64,000 nt of DNA from an uncultured Gammaproteobacteria bacterium (GCA_963764725.1 CAVXTM010000002.1:64001-128000), one strand, 5' to 3'. Positions 21,518 to 31,870 are shown, numbered from the stretch's first letter. The notes: a model not told the origin generated them from the letters alone. Translations and numbers: made by a program.

Positions 21518-22153
21518 ATGATGGCCACAAGTCAAAAATCAGGACCGAACCCCGATCTTCAGGGGACTAAAGTAGCGGCCGCAAGCCTCGCAGGCGGAGC
21601 CCTGCCCGGCGTCGATGCCGTTGGCGTCGATAAGATCCGGGACCTCTTGTTTGGCAACCAGATGCAGGATTACGACCGCCGTTTTGTCACCTTGGAAGAA
21701 CGGTTCCTGCAGAAGTTTAGGGAGATTGAGTCGGAGATCACCCGCGGCTTGAGCACCCTGGAGACTTCGATGAAGAAGCAACTCGAATCCACAGCGACGC
21801 AACTGCGCGAAGAAAAGGACCTGCGAACGGATGCCGATAGGGACCTTGAGCGGAGTCTCAGAGACCATACCCAAGCGTTGGACAAGCGCCTTGGACAGCT
21901 TTCCGATCACCTGGCGCGCGTCGAACGCGAGGTCACGGAAAGGCTGAGCAAGGAATCGCAAGATCTCCGGGACGAGCTAAAGACCAAGAGCGAGGAGTTG
22001 CGCCTTACGGCCGCCAAGATGTTTGCCGAGCTCGGCAACGTTAAGACCGATCGCAACCTACTCGCCGGCCTATTCATCGAAGTGGCGAAATGTCTGAATC
22101 AGGATTTTGGCCCCAAGCTCCTTGCCAAGGGCGGGGACGGTGAGCATTCCTGA
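21518..22153 (+). CDS. Coiled-coil protein (partner of OmpA/GTPase pair)
   Basis: VDKIRDLLFG.QM.DY..RF..LE start, then E/L/K/R heptad-rich sequence. Confidence 0.75.
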   Translation: MMATSQKSGPNPDLQGTKVAAASLAGGALPGVDAVGVDKIRDLLFGNQMQDYDRRFVTLEERFLQKFREIESEITRGLSTLETSMKKQLESTATQLREEKDLRTDADRDLERSLRDHTQALDKRLGQLSDHLARVEREVTERLSKESQDLRDELKTKSEELRLTAAKMFAELGNVKTDRNLLAGLFIEVAKCLNQDFGPKLLAKGGDGEHS

Positions 22154-24005
22154 GCCTCTATCCGCGTGGCTTGGTCCAGAGTCCGAGAAGCTAAAGGCCC
22201 AACGCGAGTTACTTGCCGGCCTTTGCCTCGAGGCGGCGAAATGCCTCAATCAGGATCTCGCCGCGCACTTGCCCGGCGAAGGCGCGCTGGATCCGCGCCT
22301 TAACGAGCTGCGCCGGATCCTCCTGGAGCGCGAACTAGCTACCCTCGCGCGGCTCGAACAATGTTTGGAGAACCCCGAAGAGCTCGCCGCTGCAGTCAGT
22401 CACATCCTTCCTTCGGCGATTCTTAAAGCCGCTGCCCGCGACGGACGACTGAGCGAGGTGCTCGCGCCGACCTTCGAGGGGGCTGCCCAGTCATCCATTA
22501 GAAAGGACCCGCGCACGTTGGTAAGTATCCTCCATCCCCTGATGGGACCGGCCATCCGCAAATCCATCGCCGAAGCCATCGGGAGCACTGTGCAGTCGCT
22601 GAACGAGATGTTGAAGCACAGCCTTTCCTGGAAAGGCCTGAAATGGCGTCTGGAGGCGTATCGATCAGGGACCTCCTTTGCCGAGATCGTGCTGAAGCAT
22701 ACCTTGATTTATCGGGTCGAGCATATCTTTCTGATTCATAAGCACACAGGACTGCTCTTGCAACATGTGGCCGCCGACAGTGCGGTGACCCAGGATCCCG
22801 AGATCGTCTCCTCGATGTTGACGGCGATCCAGGATTTCGTGCGCGACTCGTTCTCGGGGACCGCAAACGCCGACCTCGATGCGTTACGGCTCGGGGAGCT
22901 CGTAGTCTGGTGCGAGCAAGGCCCTTACGCGTTTCTGGTCGCAGTCATCCGCGGCAATCCCCCGGAGGCGCTCCATGATGTCCTGGGCGATGCCTTGAGC
23001 ACTGTCCATGCAGAGCAGGGGCAGGCCCTGGCAGGCTTCGATGGAGATACCGCCGTTTTCCGGGCGCTGCAAGAGCAGCTCGCCGACTGCCTTAAGGTCC
23101 AGGCGAAACCCCCCGCCCAAGGGACGTCCCCCGCTCTTTGGGTCCTGTTCCTCCTTCCCGTTGCGTTGGCCTTGTTCGGCGGCTACTGGCTCTACCAGCG
23201 TTACCAGGACGACCGCCAGTGGGCCGCTTACGTCGAGCGGTTGCAGGCCGAGCCCGGCATCATTGTCACCGGTTTCGAGCGGCGCAACGGCACCTGGTAC
23301 CTGACCGGGCTTCGCGATCCCCTGGCCGCTGACCCGGAGGCACTGATGGTCGAAGCGAAGCTGATCCCAGCGAGAGTCTCGGCGCGCTGGGAGCCCTACC
23401 AGGCGCTGCACCCAGCGTTCGTCTTGAAGCGAATAGGGGCTATCCTGGCGCCCCCGTCCAGCGTGGCGCTCGCGCTCGAAGGCGATACCATACGCGCTCA
23501 TGGCTCCGCACCCCACGCGTGGATCGAGCAGGCGCGCCGCCTCGGACGGACACTGCCTCCCGGCTCGCCCGCGCTCGACCTGGGTTCGGTGAAAGACCTC
23601 AACCACCTAGAGCAGCTAGAGTTCGACAGACTGCGTAAGGCCATCGCATCGACGCTGATTCACTTCGCCCGAGATGATCCTCTTCCTGCTCCGGATCAAG
23701 AAGCCGCGATCGATGCTGTGGCTTCTGAGCTTCGCGAGTTAAGGTTACTTGCACAGCTCTTGGGGCTCACGGCGCGCGTCACGATTGTTGGCCATGCGGA
23801 CGCCACCGGCAAGAGCCGGGCGAACCTCGCGCTTAGCATGGGACGCGCCGAGGCCGTGCGCTCGCTGCTAGGCGCCAAGGGTGTCGACACCGATTTCGTA
23901 TTCATACGCGCCGCGGGTCCTCTAGAACCCTTACAGGCGGAAGCCTCGGATACCGATCGCGCTCGCAACCGACGCGTGTCCTTCACCGTGAGCCTCGTAG
24001 AATAA
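22140..24005 (+). CDS. Inner-membrane protein with a periplasmic OmpA/MotB-like domain
   Basis: Cytoplasmic region (FLIHKHTGLLL, SSMLTAIQDFV), one TM helix, then IVGHAD..G....NLALS..RAEAV...NRRV. Confidence 0.85.
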   Translation: MSIPEPLSAWLGPESEKLKAQRELLAGLCLEAAKCLNQDLAAHLPGEGALDPRLNELRRILLERELATLARLEQCLENPEELAAAVSHILPSAILKAAARDGRLSEVLAPTFEGAAQSSIRKDPRTLVSILHPLMGPAIRKSIAEAIGSTVQSLNEMLKHSLSWKGLKWRLEAYRSGTSFAEIVLKHTLIYRVEHIFLIHKHTGLLLQHVAADSAVTQDPEIVSSMLTAIQDFVRDSFSGTANADLDALRLGELVVWCEQGPYAFLVAVIRGNPPEALHDVLGDALSTVHAEQGQALAGFDGDTAVFRALQEQLADCLKVQAKPPAQGTSPALWVLFLLPVALALFGGYWLYQRYQDDRQWAAYVERLQAEPGIIVTGFERRNGTWYLTGLRDPLAADPEALMVEAKLIPARVSARWEPYQALHPAFVLKRIGAILAPPSSVALALEGDTIRAHGSAPHAWIEQARRLGRTLPPGSPALDLGSVKDLNHLEQLEFDRLRKAIASTLIHFARDDPLPAPDQEAAIDAVASELRELRLLAQLLGLTARVTIVGHADATGKSRANLALSMGRAEAVRSLLGAKGVDTDFVFIRAAGPLEPLQAEASDTDRARNRRVSFTVSLVE

Positions 24006-24026
24006 GCCAGGGAGCAGGCGCGCGCG

Positions 24027-24521
24027 ATGCTGCAAAAGAAGATCTGCATGCTGGGTTTTTTCGGCGTCGGTAAGACCAGCCTGGTGCAGCGTTATGTCTG
24101 CAGCGTATTCTCGGATACTTATCTTACAACGGTGGGGGTCAAGATCGACAAAAAGACCGTAACCGTGAGGGAGCAAACCCTCAATCTGTTGTTGTGGGAT
24201 ATCGCCGGGGCGGATGACGTTTCCGCGCTGCGTACCATCTATCTACGCGGCGCGGCCGGCTATCTGCTGGTGGCCGATGGCACGCGTCCCGAGACACTGA
24301 AGGCCGCGCAGTCGCTGCAAGGACAGGTGGTGTCGGAACTAGGACCGGTGCCGTTCGTGGTGCTGCTGAATAAGCACGATCTTGCCGGAGAGTGGCGGAT
24401 CTCCGAGCACGATGTTGTTGAGCTGACCGGCGCCGGTTGGACGGTCTATACCACGAGTGCTCGGACCGGCGAAGGTGTAGAGGCTGCCTTTCAAACACTC
24501 GCCGAGTGTATCCTTGGGTAA
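24027..24521 (+). CDS. Rab-like Ras-superfamily small GTPase
   Basis: G1 GFFGVGKT, G2 YLTTVG, G3 WDIAG, G4 NKHD, G5 SAR. Confidence 0.92.
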   Translation: MLQKKICMLGFFGVGKTSLVQRYVCSVFSDTYLTTVGVKIDKKTVTVREQTLNLLLWDIAGADDVSALRTIYLRGAAGYLLVADGTRPETLKAAQSLQGQVVSELGPVPFVVLLNKHDLAGEWRISEHDVVELTGAGWTVYTTSARTGEGVEAAFQTLAECILG

Positions 24522-25752
24522 AGCGATATTCGATCTGCCGGCCAGCGTCGCAAGCTCTTTGTGCTCGCTGGTCACGACGGAACGCGCCCCGGCCTATCTG
24601 ATTGTCGATGGGTCTCTGACCTTGAGAGGAGCCGGTGGCAGTCTCCAAAACTATGGACTGGAGGCGCTAGCGCTTGGCTGCCCGGCCACCGAACAAGCGG
24701 TGTTTCTCGAAGGACTTCTGCCGTTTGGTGACGCGCCGCTCGTCATGAAGGCGGTGGAGATGCCTTCTGGACGGGCCGCCGACCTTCATCTCCATCCTGC
24801 AGAGGAGGGTGGGTGGATCCTGCTCCTAGATTGCACTGCGGAGCGCGCGGAAACACAGCGCTTGCAGCAGAGAGCTTACGATATGACGCTATTGCGCCAG
24901 CGAGAAGCCCGGCTCAAAGAGGAGCTTGCGGCGGCCTTCGCGGCGCTGGAACGCAGCAATGAGGAACTGAAGCGACTGAGGGTAAAGCTCGAAGAGGAAA
25001 ACTTGCGCTTAAGCGCCGAACTTGAAGTGGCTCGCCGCCTCCAGGCAATGTTACTCCCTACCCCGGAGGAGCTCCGCCACGTTCAGTATGTAGATGTCGC
25101 TTGCTTCATGCAGCCTGCAGCCGAGGTCGGGGGCGATTACTACGATGTGCTGCAGTATGGCGGGCACACGTTCATCGCTATTGGAGACGTCACCGGCCAC
25201 GGATTGCATAGCGGGGTGGTGATGTTAATGGCGCAGGTTGGAGTGCGCGCGCTCATCGCCACTAAAGACAGCGATCCGGTCCGATTCTTTCAGGTATTGA
25301 ATCGAACGCTTCATGATAACATCGCCCGCATGCGAGGGGACAAGAGCCTGAGCCTTGCAGTCCTCGATTTCAAGGACGGAGAGTTTCGTGTTAGCGGCCA
25401 ACACGAGCAAATCATCGTCGTCAGGCGGGGAGGTCAGGTCGAGCTCGTGGACACGCTCGACCTCGGTTTCCCGATCGGCTTGTATGACGACATCGCTTCC
25501 TTTGTTCACGAGAAGAAGGTGCGGCTTGGCGCGGGTGACGGTGTGGTTCTGTACACCGACGGTTTCACCGAGGCGGAGAACCCCGCCGGAGAGCAATACA
25601 GCTTAGAAAGGTTGTGCGAGGCCGTGAGGCTCAATTGGGCGAAGCCGGTTGAAGCCATCAAGGACGCTATAGTCGCCGACGTGCGAGCGTTTATCGACGT
25701 GCAAACTGTCTACGACGACTTGACGTTAGTCGTGGCCAAACAGAAGCGGTAG
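24514..25752 (+). CDS. SpoIIE/RsbU-type PP2C phosphatase with a PAS-like N-terminus and coiled coil
   Basis: EVGGDYYD, IGDVTGHG, LYTDGFTEA, DDLT. Confidence 0.92.
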   Translation: MGKAIFDLPASVASSLCSLVTTERAPAYLIVDGSLTLRGAGGSLQNYGLEALALGCPATEQAVFLEGLLPFGDAPLVMKAVEMPSGRAADLHLHPAEEGGWILLLDCTAERAETQRLQQRAYDMTLLRQREARLKEELAAAFAALERSNEELKRLRVKLEEENLRLSAELEVARRLQAMLLPTPEELRHVQYVDVACFMQPAAEVGGDYYDVLQYGGHTFIAIGDVTGHGLHSGVVMLMAQVGVRALIATKDSDPVRFFQVLNRTLHDNIARMRGDKSLSLAVLDFKDGEFRVSGQHEQIIVVRRGGQVELVDTLDLGFPIGLYDDIASFVHEKKVRLGAGDGVVLYTDGFTEAENPAGEQYSLERLCEAVRLNWAKPVEAIKDAIVADVRAFIDVQTVYDDLTLVVAKQKR

Positions 25753-25770
25753 GTGTCTGTTCGGCGTACA

Positions 25771-26343
25771 ATGGCCGAGTTTTTTGGCAACTTTACGGAA
25801 AGGGACGTGCGCGACGCGGAATGTCTTGAGCTCCGTTTTTCCGCTACCTCGATTCCTTTGCGGCAGCGGTGGCGAAACAATCGCCTATCGGCGGATTTTC
25901 TTAGTGATTGCTTGAAATCCTTTTTTCCTGGTGAGGATACTGGAAGCGTAGGTAGGCGCGAAGCAGCGAAGAGCGCCGTGAGTTACATCGCCAACGAGTT
26001 ATTGGAGAACGCGATGAAGTTCACGCATGCACCGTCGGAGTACCCGGTTACCATCGGTATGCATCTCGATCGGAACCAGCTGCGATTCTATGTTACGAAC
26101 AGTGTAGATGCCGAAGCGGAGCAAGGCTTGAGAGCGATGATTCGAAGGCTGCTGACAGAAGAGACCAAGGAGTTGTTTATCAAACAACTGGAGAGCAGCG
26201 GGGAAGGACGAGGCTCGGGGTCCGGTTTGGGTTATCTGACGATGATTAATGATTATGGCGCCGAGCTCGCATGGAAGCTCGAACCCCATGAAGGTGATTC
26301 GCGGGTAATGAAGGTCACGACCCTCGTGAAGCTACCCCTATGA
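25771..26343 (+). CDS. Slr1658/SiaB-like HATPase-fold kinase (anti-sigma-like)
   Basis: RWRNN.LSADF, YIANELLENAMKF (N box), GSGLGYLTM (G box). Confidence 0.82.
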   Translation: MAEFFGNFTERDVRDAECLELRFSATSIPLRQRWRNNRLSADFLSDCLKSFFPGEDTGSVGRREAAKSAVSYIANELLENAMKFTHAPSEYPVTIGMHLDRNQLRFYVTNSVDAEAEQGLRAMIRRLLTEETKELFIKQLESSGEGRGSGSGLGYLTMINDYGAELAWKLEPHEGDSRVMKVTTLVKLPL

Positions 26344-26361
26344 AGCGCGTGTAGCGTTGCT

Positions 26362-26703
26362 ATGGAAATAATTCAACAAGACTACCAGATCAGATATGAC
26401 CCGCACGCGAGCACGGTCATATGCTCGGGGTCGTTTCGCTTAACCGGCGACGAATACGCGTCCATTATCGAGATCCTGAATGCAGCGGCGGATGCAAAGC
26501 CCTGCGAGCTCACGCTAGACGTGACCGGACTTCAGTTCCTCAACAGCTCAGGGATACATACCCTGTCTAAGTTCGTACTGCGTGTGCGCGGGCACAATAC
26601 GACTCGGGTCACGGTTAGAGGCACTAGCAAATGTCCCTGGCAGCAAAAATCATTGGCCAACCTGGAGCGGCTTCTACCCGGCCTACGACTGGAGCTGGAA
26701 TGA
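26362..26703 (+). CDS. Slr1659-like STAS protein
   Basis: LQFLNSSGI phosphoacceptor motif; PWQ.KSL.NL. Confidence 0.82.
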   Translation: MEIIQQDYQIRYDPHASTVICSGSFRLTGDEYASIIEILNAAADAKPCELTLDVTGLQFLNSSGIHTLSKFVLRVRGHNTTRVTVRGTSKCPWQQKSLANLERLLPGLRLELE

Positions 26704-28112
26704 TTCCGGAACCTCAAAGAGACCCCGCATTGTTGGCTGACGATCAAGTGGCGGAGGTGCAGTGTCTTCGGCGGCGAATTGAAGAGCTTGAGCAAGACAA
26801 GCGGGATCTGGAAATGGTGCTGGAGATGACTACAGAGCATTCGGATAACGTTGAGGAAGAGCTGCATACCAAGGCCGAGGAGGCGCTGCGGGAAAGCGAA
26901 AGGAGGTTACGGGTCATCGTGGAAGCGACTCCGATCCCCGTCGTGATCAGCCGGGAAGCGGATGACCAAATCGTATACGCAAACGCCATGGCAGGCCCTC
27001 TGCTAAGCCTGCCGACCCGAACCCTGGTGGGCCGGACTATAACGGAGTTTTACCATGATCCCAGCGCTCAACAGGAGTTGTTGGAGGTGTTGGCGGTTGA
27101 GGGGCACGTCGATCATCGGGAGGTCCGATTCCAAGGTGCGGATGGCAGGGTGTTTTGGGTGGACGTCTCGATGCGCCTATTGGATTTTAACGGTGAAGCG
27201 AGCCTGCTGAGTGCTTGGCACGACATTACCCATCTCAAGGAGCTCAATTTGGCCGCTAGCTGTTTCGTACCGAGCGAATACCTAGCATTTCTCGAGAAGG
27301 ATAGTCTAGTCGATGTTCACTTGGGTGATCACGTCAGCGGGGAGATGACAGTGATGTTTTCGGACCTACGCTCTTTCACCTCGCTCTCGGAGGATATGAC
27401 GTCGCAGGAAAACTTCGACTTCGTCAATGCTTATCTCGGGCGGGTGAGCCCTGTCATTCGGCAACACCGCGGGTTCATCGTTAAATATCTTGGCGACGGC
27501 ATCATGGCCATTTTCCCGAGAAGCGCCGATGATGGCGTTCAGGCCGGGATCGAGAAACTGAATCAGGTCAACGAATACAATGCCTATCGAAAAACCAAAC
27601 GCCGCTTTCCAATACAGATCGGCATAGGAGTCAACACAGGACATATGATGGTCGGCATGGTGGGAGAGCGGCATCGGATGCAAGGCGATGCGTTTTCCGA
27701 CCATGTAAATCTGACCTCCCGACTGGAAGCCCTGACCAGACACTACAGCATCTCGTACATCATTACTGCGGCTACCAAGGAACGATTGGCAGACCCGGGG
27801 CGTTACGATATCCGCTTTCTGGACAAGGTTCAGCTAAAAGGCAAATACAAGCCCTTGGATCTGTACGAGGTTTACAGCGCGGATCTGCCCGAGTTCCGAT
27901 CACTGAAGCAAGAGACCCAGGAGGAATACGAACAGGCCTTAGCACATTTCTATGCACGGAAGTTCGCCGAAGCGCAATCCATGCTGTTTCGGGTGTTGCA
28001 GAAAAACCCAAGGGATAAAGTTGCCTGGCACCATCTGATAAAGACTACCGAGTGTCTTGATAACGGATTTCCTGAGAACTGGACCGGGGTCACAGTGATG
28101 GCGAGCAAATAG
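26700..28112 (+). CDS. PAS-domain class III nucleotidyl (probably adenylate) cyclase
   Basis: Coiled coil and PAS, then VMFSDLRSFT, VKYLGDGIM (Lys, adenine-type), VNLTSRLE, LKGK; TPR-like tail; ATG overlaps the upstream stop. Confidence 0.9.
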   Translation: MIPEPQRDPALLADDQVAEVQCLRRRIEELEQDKRDLEMVLEMTTEHSDNVEEELHTKAEEALRESERRLRVIVEATPIPVVISREADDQIVYANAMAGPLLSLPTRTLVGRTITEFYHDPSAQQELLEVLAVEGHVDHREVRFQGADGRVFWVDVSMRLLDFNGEASLLSAWHDITHLKELNLAASCFVPSEYLAFLEKDSLVDVHLGDHVSGEMTVMFSDLRSFTSLSEDMTSQENFDFVNAYLGRVSPVIRQHRGFIVKYLGDGIMAIFPRSADDGVQAGIEKLNQVNEYNAYRKTKRRFPIQIGIGVNTGHMMVGMVGERHRMQGDAFSDHVNLTSRLEALTRHYSISYIITAATKERLADPGRYDIRFLDKVQLKGKYKPLDLYEVYSADLPEFRSLKQETQEEYEQALAHFYARKFAEAQSMLFRVLQKNPRDKVAWHHLIKTTECLDNGFPENWTGVTVMASK

Positions 28113-28369
28113 GCTGGCGTCGTTTCTTAACGATTATTTCGATACGCTCGCACAACCGCCTCTACCGAGCTATCCCGGCGACGGTCCGGCGCGTTTCTTC
28201 CTCTGCGAGCGCTATCAAAGCGGAGTAGCCGAACCCGAAGGTCCGCGCATCATCCGCATGGACGCCAAGTAAGGGACGTGGATTTTCAATGCCGTCGCGG
28301 CTCTTCCTACTGGACCGCCGGGGCACAACGCTAGTATGCGCCACACACATCGCGTCGTAGGATCCCCGA

Positions 28370-29949
28370 ATGCTCAATGGTAACGGCAAATCCCTCGAAT
28401 CCTGGATCTGGGACGCCGCCTGTTCCATCCGCGGCGCGAAGGACGCGCCGAAGTACAAGGATTTCATCCTCCCGCTGATCTTCGCCAAGCGCCTGTGCGA
28501 CGTGTTCGATGACGAGCTGAACCGCATCGCCCAGGGGGTAGGGGCGGGTCTAGTACCCGCCCAAGCGCGCGCTAAGGCCTTCAAGCTAGTCAAGCACGAC
28601 AAGAAACTCGTGCGCTTCTACCTGCCGCTGGAGCCGAAGACTCCGGATGACGCGGTCTGGTCGGTTATCCGCACGCTCTCGGACAAGATCGGCGAGCAGC
28701 TCACCACCCACCTGCGCGCCATCGCCGACGCCAACCCGTTGCTCAAGGGCATCATCGACCGCGTGGACTTCAACGCCACCACCCACGGCCAGCGCGACCT
28801 CGACGACGACCGCCTCTCGAACCTGATCGAGTCAATCAGCGCCAAACGGCTCGGCCTCAATGACGTAGAGTCAGACATCATCGGCCGCAGCTACGAATAC
28901 CTCATCCGCAAGTTCGCGGAAGGCTCAGGCCAGAGCGCGGGCGAGTTCTATACCCCCGCCGAGGTAGCCCTCGTTATGGCCCGCATCATGGATCCCGAGT
29001 CGGGCATGGACGTGTACGACCCCTGCTGCGGCTCCGCCGGCCTGCTCATCAAGTGCCGCCTCGTATTCGACGAGAAGATGAAGCTACGCGCAAGACGAAC
29101 CCGCGCCCGCTCCGTGCTACGGCCAGGAAAACGAGCCCGGCACCTGGGCCATGGCCAACATGAACATGATCATCCATGACATGGAAGGCGAGATTCAGAT
29201 TGGCGACACCTTCCGCAAGCCAAAATTCCGCAAGGGCAACCGCCTCCAGACCTTCGACCGCGTGGTGGCCAATCCCATGTGGAACCAGACCGAGTTCAAG
29301 GAGAAGGACTACGACGCCGACGAGCTCGACCGCTTCCCCAAGGGCGCGGGTTACCCCGGAAGCAAGGCCGACTGGGGCTGGATACAGCACATCCTCGCGA
29401 GCCTGAAGCCCAACGGCCGCGCCGCCGTGGTCCTCGACACCGGCGCCGCCTCGCGCGGCTCCGGCAACGCCAACACCAACAAGGAAAAAGACGTGCGCCG
29501 CTGGTGCGTGGAGCAGGACCTGATCGAGGGCGTGCTCTACCTGCCGGAAAACCTCTTCTACAACACCACCGCGCCGGGCATCGTCATCGTGCTCAACAAG
29601 GCCAAGCCGAAGGAGCGCCAGGGTAAGCTGTTCCTGCTCAACGCCAGCCGCGAGTTCGTGAAGGGCGACCCGAAGAACTACATTCCGGAAGACGCCATCG
29701 CCCGCATCGCCGACACCTTCAACGGGTGGAAGGAAGTGGACAAGTATTCGCGAATCGTCACCCGCGAGGAGATCGCCAAGAACGACTACAACATCTCTCC
29801 GAGCCGCTACATCCACACGGGCGCAAGGCGAGGAATACCGGCCGATTCGGGAGATTGTGGAGGAGTTGGAGGCACTGGAAGAGGAGGCGAAGGAAAGCGA
29901 CGCGGCGCTAAAACGGATTCTGGCGGCTATCGGGAGCTATAGCCAGTGA
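28370..29949 (+). CDS. hsdM: Type I R-M methyltransferase HsdM (frameshifted as assembled)
   Basis: GEFYTP, DPCCGSAG and ANPMW motifs across ORFs 28370 and 29151; shifts near 29090-29130 and 29825-29850. Confidence 0.88.
28538..28562 (+). repeat. GTAG-type REP hairpin inside the hsdM coding sequence
   Basis: GTAG-GGGCGGGT-ctagt-ACCCGCCC (8-bp perfect stem). Confidence 0.6.
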
Positions 29950-30179
29950 AATGGACGGCTTATTTTCTCTATACTCGGATGCGCCCTGATCGGAGCGGAA
30001 TTCGGGACGAATGGATCGAACGCGCCATCCGCCAACCCCTACGCGGGGTAATCCAGACCGATGGCCGCATACGGCGCTGGGTTCGTATCCCCGAAATGGG
30101 CAATCGCGCGCGCGTGATCCTGATGGAAGATGGCAAGACCGTGCATAATGCCTTCTTTGACCGGGATTTCGAGGAATGA
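29946..30179 (+). CDS. Small putative toxin (DUF4258/BrnT-like)
   Basis: RPDR..I..EWIE, DGRIRRW, TVHNAFFDR; precedes DUF2283. Confidence 0.7.
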   Translation: MKWTAYFLYTRMRPDRSGIRDEWIERAIRQPLRGVIQTDGRIRRWVRIPEMGNRARVILMEDGKTVHNAFFDRDFEE

Positions 30180-30182
30180 CTC

Positions 30183-30401
30183 ATGAATGTCAAATACTTC
30201 GCTGATACCGATACCGCGCTGCTGGAATTCTCTGATCATCCGCCCGTGGAAACTCGGGAGATCAACGAAAACCTCTACATTGATGTGGATGCGCAGGGGC
30301 GGGTCGTCAGCGTCACCATCGAGCATGCCCACCAATCGGTACAGATGCCGGATTTCTCCTATCAGGTCATCGCCGGTCCTGAGCAAGATGTGCGCGCTTA
30401 A
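30183..30401 (+). CDS. DUF2283 protein (putative antitoxin)
   Basis: KYFADTDTALLEF, D.DAQG.VVS.TIEHA. Confidence 0.8.
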   Translation: MNVKYFADTDTALLEFSDHPPVETREINENLYIDVDAQGRVVSVTIEHAHQSVQMPDFSYQVIAGPEQDVRA

Positions 30402-30414
30402 GCCAAAACATCAG

Positions 30415-30538
30415 CACGGGTGAGGGCGAGGAATACCGGCCGATAGCGAAGATTGTGGAGGAGTTGAAGGCATTGGAAGGTGAAGCCGCGACGACTGATG
30501 CGGCTCTGAAAAGCATCCTCAAGGCGTTGCATGTCTGA
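30415..30538 (+). pseudogene. Orphan second copy of the hsdM 3' end
   Basis: GEEYRPIAKIVEELKALEGEAATTDAALKSILKALHV*, homologous to 29815-29949; its stop overlaps the hsdS ATG. Confidence 0.85.
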
Positions 30539-31857
30539 AATGGACGCACTCGCGACAACCGAACTCGGCTCACTCCCAACGGATTGGCGAGTCCAGCGAT
30601 TCGATTCACTGTTTGCCGTCCAGCAAGGTAAGCAGGTCTCAAAGAGGAACCGTCTCGGAGAAAACCAGCGCCCATTTCTGCGCACAAAGAATGTCTTCTG
30701 GGGTCGCCTCGACTTGGCGGACCTCGACGAGATGCACTTCACCGAGGCGGAAGAAAGCATCGACTGAGCCTTGAAACCCGGCGACTTGCTCGTCTGTGAG
30801 GGCGGCGACATCGGGCGTACCGCTATCTGGCGGGGACGAGCTGCCCGCTGTTACTAACCAGAACCACCTTCACCGCGCTCGCCTGCGGGATGATGTCGCG
30901 GACTCCCTTTTCGCGCTCTATTGGCTATCGGTATGCCTGGTCGAGGTTGGCAGCGATTATTTTGGGCGCGGCAACGTCACAACGATTCCGAATCTCTCAC
31001 AGTCAAAGCTTTGTGAGCTTCCGAGTTTGCGCGTTCCACCTCTCCCCGACCAGCGCAAGATCGCGGCAGTGTTGGGGCTGGTGCAGCGAGCGATCGAGCA
31101 GCAGGAGCGGCTGCTTCAGCTCACCGCCGAACTGAAAAAGACGCTCCTCCACCAACTCTTCACCCAAGGCCTGCGCGGCGAACCCCAAAAACAAACCGAA
31201 ATCGGCCCCGTGCCGGAGAGTTGGGAAGTGGTGGAACTCATCAGCGCCGTCGAACAGATCGACTATGGGTTTTCAGCACCTATTCCGAAAACCCCGCCAG
31301 AGAACGGCATCAAGATCGTGAGCACAGCCGACATCACTAAAGATGGTCGCTTGCTCTACGGCAAAATTCGCGGAATCGAAGCACCGGAGAAAACTGTGAA
31401 GAGACTAGCCCTGCGCACGGGCGATGTGCTGTTCAACTGGCGTAACTCGGCGGAGCTGATCGGGAAGACCGCAGTGTTTCAGGAACAGGACGAGGCTCAT
31501 GTGTTTGCCTCGTTCATTCTTCGCATCCGATGCGGCGAAAAGAAGTCCCACAACTTCTATCTCGCACACCTCATGAATCACTTCCGGGAGAAGGAGGTTT
31601 TCATCAAGCTCGCACGTCGCGCGGTGAATCAGGCGAATTACAACCGGAATGAAATTTCCGTCCTAAACATTCCGCTCCCGTCTTACCAAGAGCAGCGAGA
31701 TATTGCGGATATCATCGCGGTGGTGGATGCAAAGATTGATCTTCAACGTCGCAGACACGCGGCGCTCACCGCTTTGTTCCGCACCCTGCTGCACCAGTTG
31801 ATGACGGCGCAGATTCGCGTCCACGATCTCGACCTACCGGAATTAGAGACCGAGTGA
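30531..31857 (+). CDS. hsdS: Type I R-M specificity subunit HsdS (frameshifted as assembled)
   Basis: TELGSLPTDW and TEIGPVPESW repeats, PPLPDQRKIA, PLPSYQEQ, LLHQLMT; shifts at about 30755-31030. Confidence 0.88.
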
Positions 31858-31870
31858 CAAGGGACTCTCT

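Noticed and set aside
16916-28112. Pycsar or CBASS defence system (cyclase + cNMP-patatin)
   Set aside because: The cyclase is a PAS-linked adenine-type enzyme in a phosphoswitch operon, there is no CD-NTase, and the effectors are not co-transcribed with it.
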